A stretch of DNA of 64,000 nt from contig OZ243956.1 in the NCBI GenBank assembly GCA_965214405.1, positions 4,416,001 through 4,480,000 of the forward strand, read 5' to 3'. Source of the DNA: Trueperaceae bacterium. GTDB taxonomy: Bacteria; Deinococcota; Deinococci; Deinococcales; Trueperaceae. The position numbers and the translations under genes were made by a program. Under the pieces are notes generated by a model, which saw only the letters and a list, made by a program, of their open reading frames with translations, had not been told where the DNA came from and did not search any database. Shown one piece after another: positions 9,740 to 19,341 of this stretch; position 1 is the first letter of the stretch; each line of letters begins with the position of its first letter.

Positions 9740-10978
9740 CTACCCCCGTACGCGTCCTTTTTGCGCCCGCCCGAGAAGTTTGGTAAAGGGCGTCGCGGTC
9801 ACGCCGTGCAGCACGACCGAGGCGAAGATAACGAGCGAGGCGGCTTCCCACACAACCTCGAGCCCCGTCTCGCGGACGCTCAAGGTCGCGTAAAAAAGCG
9901 CGGCCACCCCGATGGGGCCGAACCAGCCGCTAAAGAGCGCGTCGGCGGTCCCGCGCAGGGGCTTTAGGCGGGGGGCGAGGAGGAGGAGCACGGGCGGGCG
10001 GCGCAGGAGCAACACGAGGGCCGCGAGCGCCGCGCCCGGCAGGCCGAGCCCCTGCCACGCGGCCCAGGGCAGAGAAGCGCCGAAAAAGACGAACACGGGA
10101 AAGGTGAAAAGCCGGTTGACCGCCTCCTGCACGTTCTCTTCTTGCAGCTCGTCGTTCTTATTCGCCACCCGGTTATAGGCCACACCCGCGACGAACACCG
10201 CCAGAATGCCGTCACTACCGGCCAGTTTCACCGCGCCGAGCACAAAAGCCGCCAGCGCGACGGTGCCGGTCAGCACCGAGGTTTCGCCCAGAAGCCCGCG
10301 CGCGTGCGCCAGGCGCTCGAGCCGCCCCACCACGTAGCCAATCATAAAACCCAATAAAACCGCCCCCAGCACCTCCCACAGAAGCACACGCGTGAGCCAC
10401 GCCGTCAGCGCCTCGCCCGAGGGGTGCTCGAGCATAAGCACGGCGAGAAACACGAACGGGTACGCGCCCCCGTCGTTCGCCCCCGCCTCCGCGGTAACGA
10501 AGTTTCGCAGGCGCGCGGGCACTTTTTCTTCCGCTAAACCGCCCGTGACGATGGTCCCGGCGAGCACGGGGTCGGTGGGCGTCACCACCGCGCCGAGGAG
10601 CATTGCCACCCAAAAGGGGAGTCCCAAGAGCGCATAAGCCAGCAAGCCGCTTACGAGCCACATGCACAACATCACCAAACTCAGCACCAGCGCCAGCGCG
10701 CGCGCGTTGGGGCGAAAGTAGGGGCTGGGCAGGCGCAACGCGCTCGCCATCACCGCGACGGCTACCGTGAGGCGGGCGACGGACTCGAGAATCCCCTTCG
10801 GGTCCCCCCAGTCCGCAAGATTTAACAGGCCCAATCCCGCGGGTCCAACGAGCACGCCCAGCAGCGTCGCCAGGAGCGGCTGGGACAGGTACGCCTTTTT
10901 TTCGACGAAGCCCGCGGTGAGGCTCAGCAGCAGGGTAAGGCCGCCGACAAAGAGGAGCGCGAGGTTGAGAGGAGACAT
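9740..10978 (-). CDS. CPA1/NhaP-type cation:proton antiporter
   Basis: Many TM segments. TPTDPVLA, EAGANDG and WFGPIGVAALFY motifs. Confidence 0.9.
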   Translation of the reverse strand: MSPLNLALLFVGGLTLLLSLTAGFVEKKAYLSQPLLATLLGVLVGPAGLGLLNLADWGDPKGILESVARLTVAVAVMASALRLPSPYFRPNARALALVLSLVMLCMWLVSGLLAYALLGLPFWVAMLLGAVVTPTDPVLAGTIVTGGLAEEKVPARLRNFVTAEAGANDGGAYPFVFLAVLMLEHPSGEALTAWLTRVLLWEVLGAVLLGFMIGYVVGRLERLAHARGLLGETSVLTGTVALAAFVLGAVKLAGSDGILAVFVAGVAYNRVANKNDELQEENVQEAVNRLFTFPVFVFFGASLPWAAWQGLGLPGAALAALVLLLRRPPVLLLLAPRLKPLRGTADALFSGWFGPIGVAALFYATLSVRETGLEVVWEAASLVIFASVVLHGVTATPFTKLLGRAQKGRVRG

Positions 10979-11147
10979 TAGCGACGATTATGACCTACTC
11001 ATCACGCAGAAACCGTGGTCAGGGAGGTTAAAACTTGTAAAGAACGTTTTCCAGACAGGACACCGTATAGACGCAAATCGCCACACAACCCGAAGGGGTG
11101 ACTAACTGAAAAAGACTCAGCAAAAACCGTCCATCACACCCAAACAC

Positions 11148-11187
11148 AAGTTCCGCTTGAGCCAAATAGGGGCGTCAAGCGGAACTT
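11148..11187. repeat. 13-bp inverted repeat (hairpin/terminator-like)
   Basis: AAGTTCCGCTTGA ... TCAAGCGGAACTT. Confidence 0.6.
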
Positions 11188-11446
11188 GCGGGTGTTCCTC
11201 CACCTGGTGCCCCCCAGCGGAGATGACACACTTTACCGCGCGCTCGTCCCTATACCCAGACACGAAAATACCTTTCTACCAGGTACTTTACGCCTTAGAA
11301 ATTAGGCCATTAAAATAAAAGGTACAGGCTTAGCGGTGAACGTCAGGCGTGGGGTAGGGTTCGAACGAATAGCGGCCCGACCTGCTGGTCGCAGCAGCAT
11401 GGGTGCGACGCTCGAGATTTATGATTTATATAGGGTCCGGCGAAGC

Positions 11447-11698
11447 TCACGCGCGCGTCTCACCCTCCACCACTTCCTTGACGGCTTCCCGGACGTCGCG
11501 CACAAACGCCTTGCGGCTCACACCCTCCGCTTCTATCATCTCCAAAACGGACTCGAAGGACCCGATAAAGGAGACCGAATGGTCCAGCGCCTCGCTTTTA
11601 GACCCACCCTTGAGGCGGGCCACCTCAAAGCGCAAACACGCGATATGCAGAATTGTCTCGCGCATAAACTCGCCGAACACATCGCCAAACTTCACCAT
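11447..11698 (-). CDS. Hypothetical protein (83 aa)
   Basis: 3' part of ORF 11447-12001. The ATG at 11698 follows a GGGAG/AAGG purine tract. Amphipathic helical composition. Confidence 0.45.
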   Translation of the reverse strand: MVKFGDVFGEFMRETILHIACLRFEVARLKGGSKSEALDHSVSFIGSFESVLEMIEAEGVSRKAFVRDVREAVKEVVEGETRA

Positions 11699-11999
11699 AA
11701 CCTTTTGTGCTCCCCCCGTACCTGTTCGTGGCGTCCCTCCTGTATCCTCTTGTACCCCCTGCCGGGCCGTCGAGATAGTGACGCAAATACTGTGGGGGGG
11801 GGTACTTTCGTTGGTGACTGTTCCCAAAGATGCCGGTGCGTTTTTCCAAGCCCCGTTCAAGGCGCCGGATTCCGAAACGTCGCTGCAAGGGTGACGACAA
11901 AAGTTTGTGCGAATGTGCGAATTTCTGCAACGCCTGCCGTCCGAAAATCGTGGTTTAATTAGCGACATATGCCGAGGAGCACACCATGAGGAGCACACC

Positions 12000-12449
12000 A
12001 TGCTGAGAAATAAACGCGCCTCTTTTGACTATGAACTGCTCGAGAGCTTCGAGGCGGGGCTCCAGCTCACCGGCTCCGAGGTCAAATCGCTCCGCGCCAA
12101 CGGCGGCTCGCTCGCGCAGGCGTTTGCGAGGACCAGGGTGGGGCCGGGCGGCTCCGGTAACGCAGAGGTCTGGCTCGAGGGCCTGCACATCCAGCCCTAC
12201 AAGGAAGCGAGTTATAACAACCACGACCCGCTTAGGAGCCGCAAATTGCTCCTCCACAAGCGTGAGATTGCGAAAATTACGGGGGGGCTCGAGCGTAAAG
12301 GCCTCACCTTAGTGCCCACCAAGCTCTACTTCAAGGGCGGCTGGGCCAAGGTCGAGGTGGCCTTGGCGCGGGGGAAAAAGCGCTATGACAAACGGCAGGA
12401 GGAGGCCAAGCGCGACGCGCAGCGTCAGATAGACCGTGCGCTTCGCTAA
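12000..12449 (+). CDS. smpB: SsrA-binding protein SmpB
   Basis: NKRASFDYELLESFEAGLQLTGSEVKSLR...RKLLLHKREI...GKKRYDKR. GAGGAG RBS. Confidence 0.98.
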   Translation: MLRNKRASFDYELLESFEAGLQLTGSEVKSLRANGGSLAQAFARTRVGPGGSGNAEVWLEGLHIQPYKEASYNNHDPLRSRKLLLHKREIAKITGGLERKGLTLVPTKLYFKGGWAKVEVALARGKKRYDKRQEEAKRDAQRQIDRALR

Positions 12450-13980
12450 GTCTCTTCTCTTTGCGACCTTCCTTTTGGGGTTGAGCTTTGGCGCGGCGCA
12501 GCAGCGCCTCGTCGTCAACGGCGTCACCATCGAGGGCTACGCCCCCGGCCTGGTGCCGGGGAACGCCTACGCGCCCGCCGCGCTCCTCGCGCGCGCTTTG
12601 GGCGCGACGTATACCTACAGTTTTGGCGCGGACACCGCGACCTTCGAGCTGGGCGGCACCTTTCTTTCAGTGCCCGTTTTTGAGAGCGTGAGCGCGGCGG
12701 CGGCCTCCACGCGCCCGCTCCTCGTGAACGGTCGCCCGCAGGAGGCGACCGAGGGGGGGGTCCGCACCGAAAGCGGGGTGTTTGTCCCCGTGCGGGTGGT
12801 GGCGAGGGCCTTGGGCGGCACCGTCGCCTATTTAGCGAGCGAAAACACGGTGATGGTAACCTTTCCGCGCGCCACGCTGCTTAGCGTTACGCCGCCCGGC
12901 CCAGGTGAGGACGCGCGCTTCGTCTTCACGTTTAGCGCGCGCGTGCCCGTGCTCGAGCGCGCACCACAAGCCCCGCCCGATCCCGCGACGAACGCCTCAA
13001 TGAACACCAACACCGTGCGGTTTCACTTCGGGCGCACCGATTTGGCGCAGGAGGGGGCGCAGGGCGAGTGGCGGGGCGAGGGCTTCGGGGCAACGCTGCG
13101 CGCAGCGGCGGGCGGCGTGGATTTTGAATTGACCCACGCGCCTGACACCCGCGTCACCTCGTTCGCCGCGCCGCAGGGCGCGGGCTTCGCGCTGGTGGTC
13201 GACCTTGCGCCCGTAGGGGAGGCTGGCGGAGAGCCTAACGTCGGGGCGTCCGGAGAAGCGCCGGTCATCGTCATCGACCCCGGTCACGGCGGCGAAGACC
13301 GCGGCCTCGTGTTTGCGGAGGCTGGTCCTGATTCGGGCGGGGCGTCAGTGGAATCAGTGGGAGAGAGCGAGAGTGCCCTCACGCTAGTTTTTGCCAAGCG
13401 GTTGGGGGCCGCCCTCCTCGCGCGGGGCTACTCGAGCCGCCTCACCCGCGAGGCCGACACCTCGCCCCCGCTCGAAAGGCGCGCCGCCGCCGGGACGGGC
13501 GCGGACCTTTTCGTGTCGCTCCACGCCGCGCCGCTACCCGCGGGGCGCTTCAACCTCTACTTTTTGGGTGCCGAGGACGTTGCAAACGGGGTAGGCAACC
13601 TTTCGTCGCCCTTACGCAGAGAGGCCGAGGCGGCGGCGAACGCTCCCAGCGACCCCGGCACCGACCCCGTGGAGCGAGAGCTGCTTAAGCGGCTCGCGCC
13701 CGACCCCGCGGCGGGCGAACGCTACGCGCGCGCGGTGAGCGGCGTGCTTGGCGGAACGCTCACCCCGCAAACTGTAGAGAGCGCGCCGCTGTTTGTGCTC
13801 GGCGGCGCGGCGGGCCGGGGCTTGCTGCTCGAGCTGAGCCCCCAGGACTTAGCCTCCGAAAGCCTACCCGCGGCGCTCGCCGACGCCGTCGTCGCGCTCC
13901 TCCAGCGCGAGGGGGCGACCACCCGTGAGGGGACGATTCAGAGAACGCCCCAGAGAACGACCCAGAGAGCGGATAGATGA
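12436..13980 (+). CDS. N-acetylmuramoyl-L-alanine amidase (Amidase_3) with N-terminal copper-amine-oxidase-N/AMIN-like domains
   Basis: Signal peptide. FVPVRVVARALGGTV stalk motif. IVIDPGHGG..E..LTRE..R..ADLFVSLH..LLLE. Overlaps the smpB stop. Confidence 0.85.
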   Translation: MRFAKSLLFATFLLGLSFGAAQQRLVVNGVTIEGYAPGLVPGNAYAPAALLARALGATYTYSFGADTATFELGGTFLSVPVFESVSAAAASTRPLLVNGRPQEATEGGVRTESGVFVPVRVVARALGGTVAYLASENTVMVTFPRATLLSVTPPGPGEDARFVFTFSARVPVLERAPQAPPDPATNASMNTNTVRFHFGRTDLAQEGAQGEWRGEGFGATLRAAAGGVDFELTHAPDTRVTSFAAPQGAGFALVVDLAPVGEAGGEPNVGASGEAPVIVIDPGHGGEDRGLVFAEAGPDSGGASVESVGESESALTLVFAKRLGAALLARGYSSRLTREADTSPPLERRAAAGTGADLFVSLHAAPLPAGRFNLYFLGAEDVANGVGNLSSPLRREAEAAANAPSDPGTDPVERELLKRLAPDPAAGERYARAVSGVLGGTLTPQTVESAPLFVLGGAAGRGLLLELSPQDLASESLPAALADAVVALLQREGATTREGTIQRTPQRTTQRADR

Positions 13981-14007
13981 GCGTCAACACCGCAGCCTTC
14001 TAAACCT

Positions 14008-14589
14008 GTGAGCAGACCTTCGCGTAAAACACCCCGCCTCACGCGCTCCCTCCTCCGCGCGCTCCTCACGCCCCAGAGTCTGCTGGGCGGCCTCGTGTTC
14101 ATAACGGGGCTTGTGGCGTTCTTGCGGGCGGTGCCGGGGGTGCGGGTGCCGCCGCCGGAGCGCGTCGTGGTGGACGCCGCGACCCCCGCCACCCCCGCCG
14201 AGGACGTGCGGCTGTCGCTGATCACGGCGGACGGGAGCGAACGCTTTAGCATCGTGCCCCTCGCCCTGCCCGCCGACCCCTCGAGCCGCCGCGCCGCCCT
14301 CTTAAACGCGCTCCGAGGCTTTTTGACGAGCGAGGCGGGGGAGAGGCTCTGGCCCGAGGCGCTGAGCGCGCCCACCGTGTTTACCCTCACAAACGCCGAC
14401 CGCGCCGAGGTGACCTTCTTAGACTTTACGCGCGGCCCCGCGGCGGTGGTCAGCGTGGCGCAAGAGGCGCGGCTGCTCGCCTCCATTCGCACCACCTTGC
14501 GCCGCGACGGCGTCGACCACTTACGCGTCCTCATCAACGGCGAGCCGAGCGAGACCTTTTTGGGGCACCTGGCGCTGGAGAATCCTTAA
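14008..14589 (+). CDS. GerMN-domain protein
   Basis: N-terminal TM. LDF...E..LLASIRTTL...VRVLINGEPSETFLGH. Follows the amidase, a familiar pairing. Confidence 0.75.
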   Translation: MSRPSRKTPRLTRSLLRALLTPQSLLGGLVFITGLVAFLRAVPGVRVPPPERVVVDAATPATPAEDVRLSLITADGSERFSIVPLALPADPSSRRAALLNALRGFLTSEAGERLWPEALSAPTVFTLTNADRAEVTFLDFTRGPAAVVSVAQEARLLASIRTTLRRDGVDHLRVLINGEPSETFLGHLALENP

Positions 14590-14851
14590 GAAGCCGTAGC
14601 CGCGTTTCGCCCCCTGTTGAGCCACGTACTGAATGGTATGCGTTTGCATTGAGCCAGAGGCTGCGCGGTTTCTCGAGCCAAGTTTACGGTCCCTAAGGGG
14701 TAGTATTCTTTGTGCGTTATGGTTTTCAGTCAATCCTGGAGATGTTCTGTACAGCCGACACATAATGACGACTAGACGAATGACGACCAGCAGGACGAGC
14801 CAAGGCTGAGAAGATGCGCGTTGTTAAAGAGCGATGAAGGGTTAAAGAGCA

Positions 14852-15553
14852 GTGAAGGAGCAAGACATGACCGTCAGGAAAAGAAGTCGGGGACGCGCGA
14901 CCTACCGGAAAATCGTCGAGGCGGCCCTGACCATCATGCGCGAAGAGGGGCCGGAGGGGGTGACGACCACCCGCTTGGCGGAAGCGTCGGGTATTGTCCA
15001 GTCGGGCTTTTACACCCACTTCAGCAACGTCGACGAGGCGCTTACCGCCGCCGCGGAGGGCACGGGGCAGCACCTCCGGGCATTGGTGGATGATTGGCGC
15101 GAGGAGATAGTCGCGCTCGACGGGGGCACCGTCCATCAGCTTGCCGAGCATTATGAGCGCCTGCTCACGCTGCTGCTACGCGACCGCCCCTTTACTGAAC
15201 TCTATTTGCAGTACCGCCGCGCGCCCACGCCCTTAGGCGAGACGCTGCGACGTTTTGAAAAGGACGTGACGGAAGACGTGGCCGCGCACTTGGCAAGGCT
15301 CGTGCGCCCGGACGACCCGGTGCCGGGGGCGGCGGACACGCTGCAAGCCGAACTCATCATGGGATTTTTCCTGTCGGTTGTCGATCTGGCGCTTCGTGAC
15401 GCGAGCGCCGCGCGGCTGAGAACGCTTTCTTTACACCTGTCGGTCTTAACCAAGGCGAGCGTGGAGGCCGGGTACGGTGACGTAGGGGCGAGTGCGCTGT
15501 TACATCAGACTGGCTTGGGACTCCTAGAGCCTTCCTCATCCCCCGAACGCTGA
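14852..15553 (+). CDS. TetR/AcrR family transcriptional regulator
   Basis: IVEAALTIMREEGPEGVTTTRLAEASGIVQSGFYTHFSNVDE HTH. The ATG at ~14867 after GGAG is an alternative start. Confidence 0.9.
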   Translation: MKEQDMTVRKRSRGRATYRKIVEAALTIMREEGPEGVTTTRLAEASGIVQSGFYTHFSNVDEALTAAAEGTGQHLRALVDDWREEIVALDGGTVHQLAEHYERLLTLLLRDRPFTELYLQYRRAPTPLGETLRRFEKDVTEDVAAHLARLVRPDDPVPGAADTLQAELIMGFFLSVVDLALRDASAARLRTLSLHLSVLTKASVEAGYGDVGASALLHQTGLGLLEPSSSPER

Positions 15554-15740
15554 GCGGTTTAGACCAGGGCCACAAAACATGTGAGTTGTTGGAGCAGAAG
15601 CGAGCTTGCGCTGAGAGAGAATTCGCGCTGGCTCGCTTATATTCCCTTTTGCTTCAAGTATCGTCGGGCAGTCGTTGCAAAGCGGCGCGTAGCTTGTCCG
15701 CCTATAACAATCCACAAGCAACACCTGTGAAAGGAACTTT

Positions 15741-16739
15741 ATGAAATATAACTATCTCGGCCACTCCGGCCTCAAAGTATCGGCACTCTCGTTCGGCGCG
15801 TGGGTCACCTTTGGCGACCAGATCGGCGAGGACGTCGCCACCGACCTCATGAAAACCGCCTATGAGCACGGCGTCAACTTTTTCGATAACGCCGAAGGCT
15901 ACAGCCAGGGCAAGGCCGAAACGATGATGGGCAACGTGATCAAAAAACTTGGCTGGAAGCGCTCCGACTTGGTCGTGTCGACCAAAATCTTTTGGGGTGG
16001 GGACGGCCCCAACGACTTGGGGCTGTCGCGTAAGCACGTGCTCGAGGGCACCTGGGCGGCCCTCGAGCGCTTCGGCATGGATTACTTAGATTTGGTCTTC
16101 TGCCACCGCCCCGATCCCCACACGCCGATTGAAGAGACGGTGCGGGCGATGAATTTTCTTATCGACCAGGGCTTGGCTTTTTACTGGGGCACGTCGGAGT
16201 GGTCCGCCGAGCAAATCCGGCAGGCACATGAAATCGCGCGCCGCGAGCACCTCATCGGCCCCCTCATGGAGCAGCCGCAGTACAACATGTTCCACCGCGA
16301 GCGCGTCGAAAAGGAGTACGCGCCCCTCTACCGCGATTTCGATCTGGGCCTCACCACCTGGAGCCCCTTAGCCAGCGGCGTCCTTACGGGCAAATATAAT
16401 GACGGCGTCCCCGAGGGGAGTCGCATGGACACCAAGGGGTATGAGTGGCTTAAAACGCGGCTCGAGAGTGATGAGGGCAAAGCGCAGCTCCAAAAGGTGC
16501 GCGACCTCACCCAGGTCGCCGACGACTTGGGCTGCTCTACTGCGCAGCTCGCGCTCGCCTGGTGCCTCAAAAATCCGCACGTGTCCACCGTGATTACGGG
16601 GGCCAGCAAGCCTTCGCAAGTGGAGCAAAATATGCAAGCACTCGAGGTTGCCGACAGCCTCGATGAGAGCGTGATGACGCGTATCGAAGAGGTGCTGGAC
16701 AATAAGCCCAAGCCCACGCCCGACTTGCGCGACGGCTAA
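15741..16739 (+). CDS. Aldo/keto reductase, Kv-beta-like
   Basis: [37 protein letters not shown] and [13 protein letters not shown] motifs. Confidence 0.95.
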   Translation: MKYNYLGHSGLKVSALSFGAWVTFGDQIGEDVATDLMKTAYEHGVNFFDNAEGYSQGKAETMMGNVIKKLGWKRSDLVVSTKIFWGGDGPNDLGLSRKHVLEGTWAALERFGMDYLDLVFCHRPDPHTPIEETVRAMNFLIDQGLAFYWGTSEWSAEQIRQAHEIARREHLIGPLMEQPQYNMFHRERVEKEYAPLYRDFDLGLTTWSPLASGVLTGKYNDGVPEGSRMDTKGYEWLKTRLESDEGKAQLQKVRDLTQVADDLGCSTAQLALAWCLKNPHVSTVITGASKPSQVEQNMQALEVADSLDESVMTRIEEVLDNKPKPTPDLRDG

Positions 16740-16828
16740 AGCGTCGCGCCGCGGCAGCACCTTGCGCGCGAACATATTTCGGATGTTGTTGGGGGAGGAG
16801 ACGAGGGGCCTCTCCCCACCTTTATCTC

Positions 16829-17770
16829 TTATCTCTTTACCTCGCGCCTCTCACGCGACACGTCCGCGTCTCCCGCCAGAGCGCTGAGGACGCGCCAGTA
16901 TGACGCGGGCAAGAGGCGCTGAACCGTGTCAATCATCACCGCGTCCGACCCGATAAGCACGCGGCCTTGACGGCGCTCTACCGCGCGCAAGATAGTCTTG
17001 GCGGCCTCCTCGGGTGTGGTTTTAAGACCCTCGGTAAAGCGCTGCGCGCCCTCCCTAGCCGCCGCCGCGTCCGTAAGGGCGGCGAGGCGCGCGCCCAGCG
17101 CGATGTTCGTCTTGACGCCGCCCGGATGAACCACCGTCACGCCGACTCTGCCTTCAAGCTCGTGTCGCAACGCCTCGGAAAACCCGCGCACCGCGAACTT
17201 GCTCGCCGCGTAGGCGCTCTGTCCGGGCGGCGCGACGAGGCCGAAGACGCTCGAGAGGTTGACCAGGTGCGCGTCCCCTGCGCTAAGCAGCGCGGGCAAA
17301 AACGCCTTGGTGAGGCGCACGACCGCGCGAAAATTGATGTTCATAAGCCACTCGTATTCGTCAACGCTCAGTTCCTCAAAGCTCCCGCCGAGCGCCACGC
17401 CCGCGTTGTTGACGAGCAGCGTGACGCGCCCGTGCGCGTCCAGCACATCCTGCTCGAGCCCCGCCACCTCGCCCTCGCCTAAGTCGAGAACGTGAAGGCT
17501 CACCCGCACGCGGTTGGGTTGAGGGGGTTGGTGTAAATGACCCTGCTGTGAACGACTCCGGTACAAACGGCCCTGCCGACGTTGCAAATTCTTCGAATGA
17601 CTTAAAAGGTTTTCCAACGCGGACGCCGTGGTCTCTAAACCTGCCGCGTCCCTATCGACCAGCGCCAGGTGACTGCCCCGCGCGGCTAAGTCTAACGCGA
17701 GCGCGCGCCCGATGCCGCTCGCCGCGCCCGTGACCACCGCGACGCCGCCGGGAAACGCGTACGGCCTCAC
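16829..17770 (-). CDS. Short-chain dehydrogenase/reductase
   Basis: TGAASGIG, NNAG and YAASK motifs. The GTG at 17770 overlaps the BVMO stop (GTGA). Confidence 0.92.
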   Translation of the reverse strand: MRPYAFPGGVAVVTGAASGIGRALALDLAARGSHLALVDRDAAGLETTASALENLLSHSKNLQRRQGRLYRSRSQQGHLHQPPQPNRVRVSLHVLDLGEGEVAGLEQDVLDAHGRVTLLVNNAGVALGGSFEELSVDEYEWLMNINFRAVVRLTKAFLPALLSAGDAHLVNLSSVFGLVAPPGQSAYAASKFAVRGFSEALRHELEGRVGVTVVHPGGVKTNIALGARLAALTDAAAAREGAQRFTEGLKTTPEEAAKTILRAVERRQGRVLIGSDAVMIDTVQRLLPASYWRVLSALAGDADVSRERREVKR

Positions 17771-19341
17771 GCGTTGCGCGCGCTCGAGGGCTGGGGTTGG
17801 CGCGCCGGTTCCTTCGCGGTGTAGAGGGAGGGGTCGAAGCGGCGCACGAGCCGCCGGAAGCTCGCGGCCCGCTCCGGCCACAGCGTGCTGTTGCGGCCCG
17901 TGGCGTCGAGGTAGTAGCTCACGCAGCCGCCCTGGACCCACACGGATGAACGCAGCTTTTCCTGAAGCTGAGCGTTGTACTCGGCTTGGGCTTGGGGGGT
18001 GGGCTCGAGCGCGCGCAGCTTTTTACGCTTTACAAAAGAGAGGGCCTGAAGAATATAGTCAATCTGCGCCTCAATCATGTAAACGATCGAGTTGTGACCG
18101 AGCCCGGTGTTCGGCCCGACGAGCAAAAAGAGGTTGGGAAAGCCCGCGACGGTGGTGCCGTGGAGCGCTTCTAGGTGCGGGCTCCAGACATCTGACAGGC
18201 TGCGCCCTCCCTTACCGTAAATGAGGCGCGCGATGGGCGGCTCCGTGGCGTAAAACCCCGTACCGCCGATGAGCACATCGAAGGCGCGCTCGCGTCCGTC
18301 CGCCGTGACGAGGCTCTGCCCACGAACCTCGGTAATGGTCTCTGTTACCAGTTCTACATTCGGCTGGGTCAAGGCGGAATAATAGTCGTCGCTGACCAGG
18401 ATGCGCTTGCAGCCGATGCGGTAGTCCGGGAGGAGTTTGGCGCGCAACGCGGGGTCCTGAACCTGCGCTTCTAAGTGTGCCCTCGCCGCCTTTTCGACGA
18501 GTTTGTTCATTCCCGGTTTTGAAAACCCGAAATGCCGGAACTCGGCCATTGCGAAAACCCAGGTTCTCGAGACCTTTTGCAAGAAGGGAAAGCGGCGAAA
18601 GAGTCGCCGCCGCCGCTCGCTCGTGGGCGCGTCGCCGCGCGGGACGATCCAGGGCGGCGTGCGCTGAAATACCGTAAGGTGACCCACCTCCTTTTGCAGC
18701 TCCGGCACGAACTGGATCGCGGACGCGCCCGTGCCGATGACCCCGACGCGCTTGCCGCGCAGGTCGACACGGTGGTCCCAACGCGCGGAGTGAAACTTCA
18801 CGCCCTCAAACGCGTCGAGCCCCGGAATCCTGGGCCACTTGGGCGCGTTCAAGGGACCGTGGCCGGACACCAGGAAACGGGCGGTAAAGCCCCCGCCGCT
18901 CGTCTCGAGCCGCCAAAGCGCATCATTATCGTCCCAAACGGCCTCCTTGACCTCGTGCTGCAACCGGAGGTGCGGCCTGAGCCCGTAGTCGTCGGCGCAG
19001 CTTTTGAGATACGCCAGAATCTCGGGCTGGCGCGCGTAGGTGTGCGACCAGTCGGGGTTGGGCGCGAACGAGAACGAGTAGAGGTCGCTTTTGATGTCGC
19101 AGGCGCAGCCGGGATAGGTGTTGTCAAACCAGGTGCCGCCGACCTCGGGGTCGCGCTCGAGCACCACAAAATCGTCCATCCCCCGTTTCTTGAGCTTGAT
19201 CGCCATGCCCAACCCCGCAAACCCCGCGCCGATGATGGCTGTGTGAAAATGGGTGCGAGAGTCGGTGTGAGGGCCGGTACGAAAATTCGTATAAAAGCCT
19301 GCGTGAACGTGAGCGGGCTGCGTTTCCTCTTGGTGCGTCAT
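17767..19341 (-). CDS. Flavin-containing Baeyer-Villiger-type monooxygenase
   Basis: GAGFAG, GGTWFDNTYPGCACD, the type I BVMO fingerprint FEGVKFHSARW (FxGxxxHxxxW) and GTGASA. Confidence 0.95.
   Translation of the reverse strand: MTHQEETQPAHVHAGFYTNFRTGPHTDSRTHFHTAIIGAGFAGLGMAIKLKKRGMDDFVVLERDPEVGGTWFDNTYPGCACDIKSDLYSFSFAPNPDWSHTYARQPEILAYLKSCADDYGLRPHLRLQHEVKEAVWDDNDALWRLETSGGGFTARFLVSGHGPLNAPKWPRIPGLDAFEGVKFHSARWDHRVDLRGKRVGVIGTGASAIQFVPELQKEVGHLTVFQRTPPWIVPRGDAPTSERRRRLFRRFPFLQKVSRTWVFAMAEFRHFGFSKPGMNKLVEKAARAHLEAQVQDPALRAKLLPDYRIGCKRILVSDDYYSALTQPNVELVTETITEVRGQSLVTADGRERAFDVLIGGTGFYATEPPIARLIYGKGGRSLSDVWSPHLEALHGTTVAGFPNLFLLVGPNTGLGHNSIVYMIEAQIDYILQALSFVKRKKLRALEPTPQAQAEYNAQLQEKLRSSVWVQGGCVSYYLDATGRNSTLWPERAASFRRLVRRFDPSLYTAKEPARQPQPSSARNA

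Noticed and set aside
11784..11792. G9 tract as a phase-variation switch
   Set aside because: Not inside a credible ORF or between identifiable promoter boxes, so there is no support beyond the run itself.
11336..11962. Plus-strand ORFs 11336-11962 and 11403-11894, and the full-length 11447-12001
   Set aside because: No recognisable motifs or RBS, and they overlap each other. Only the 83-aa 3' part on the minus strand looks protein-like.
11000..12000. tmRNA (ssrA) next to smpB
   Set aside because: No GGGG..-type 5' end with a matching T-arm/CCA 3' end, and no tag ORF ending in ALAA.
17771..17941. SDR start at 17941
   Set aside because: It overlaps the BVMO C-terminus. The coupled GTGA start at 17770 fits better.
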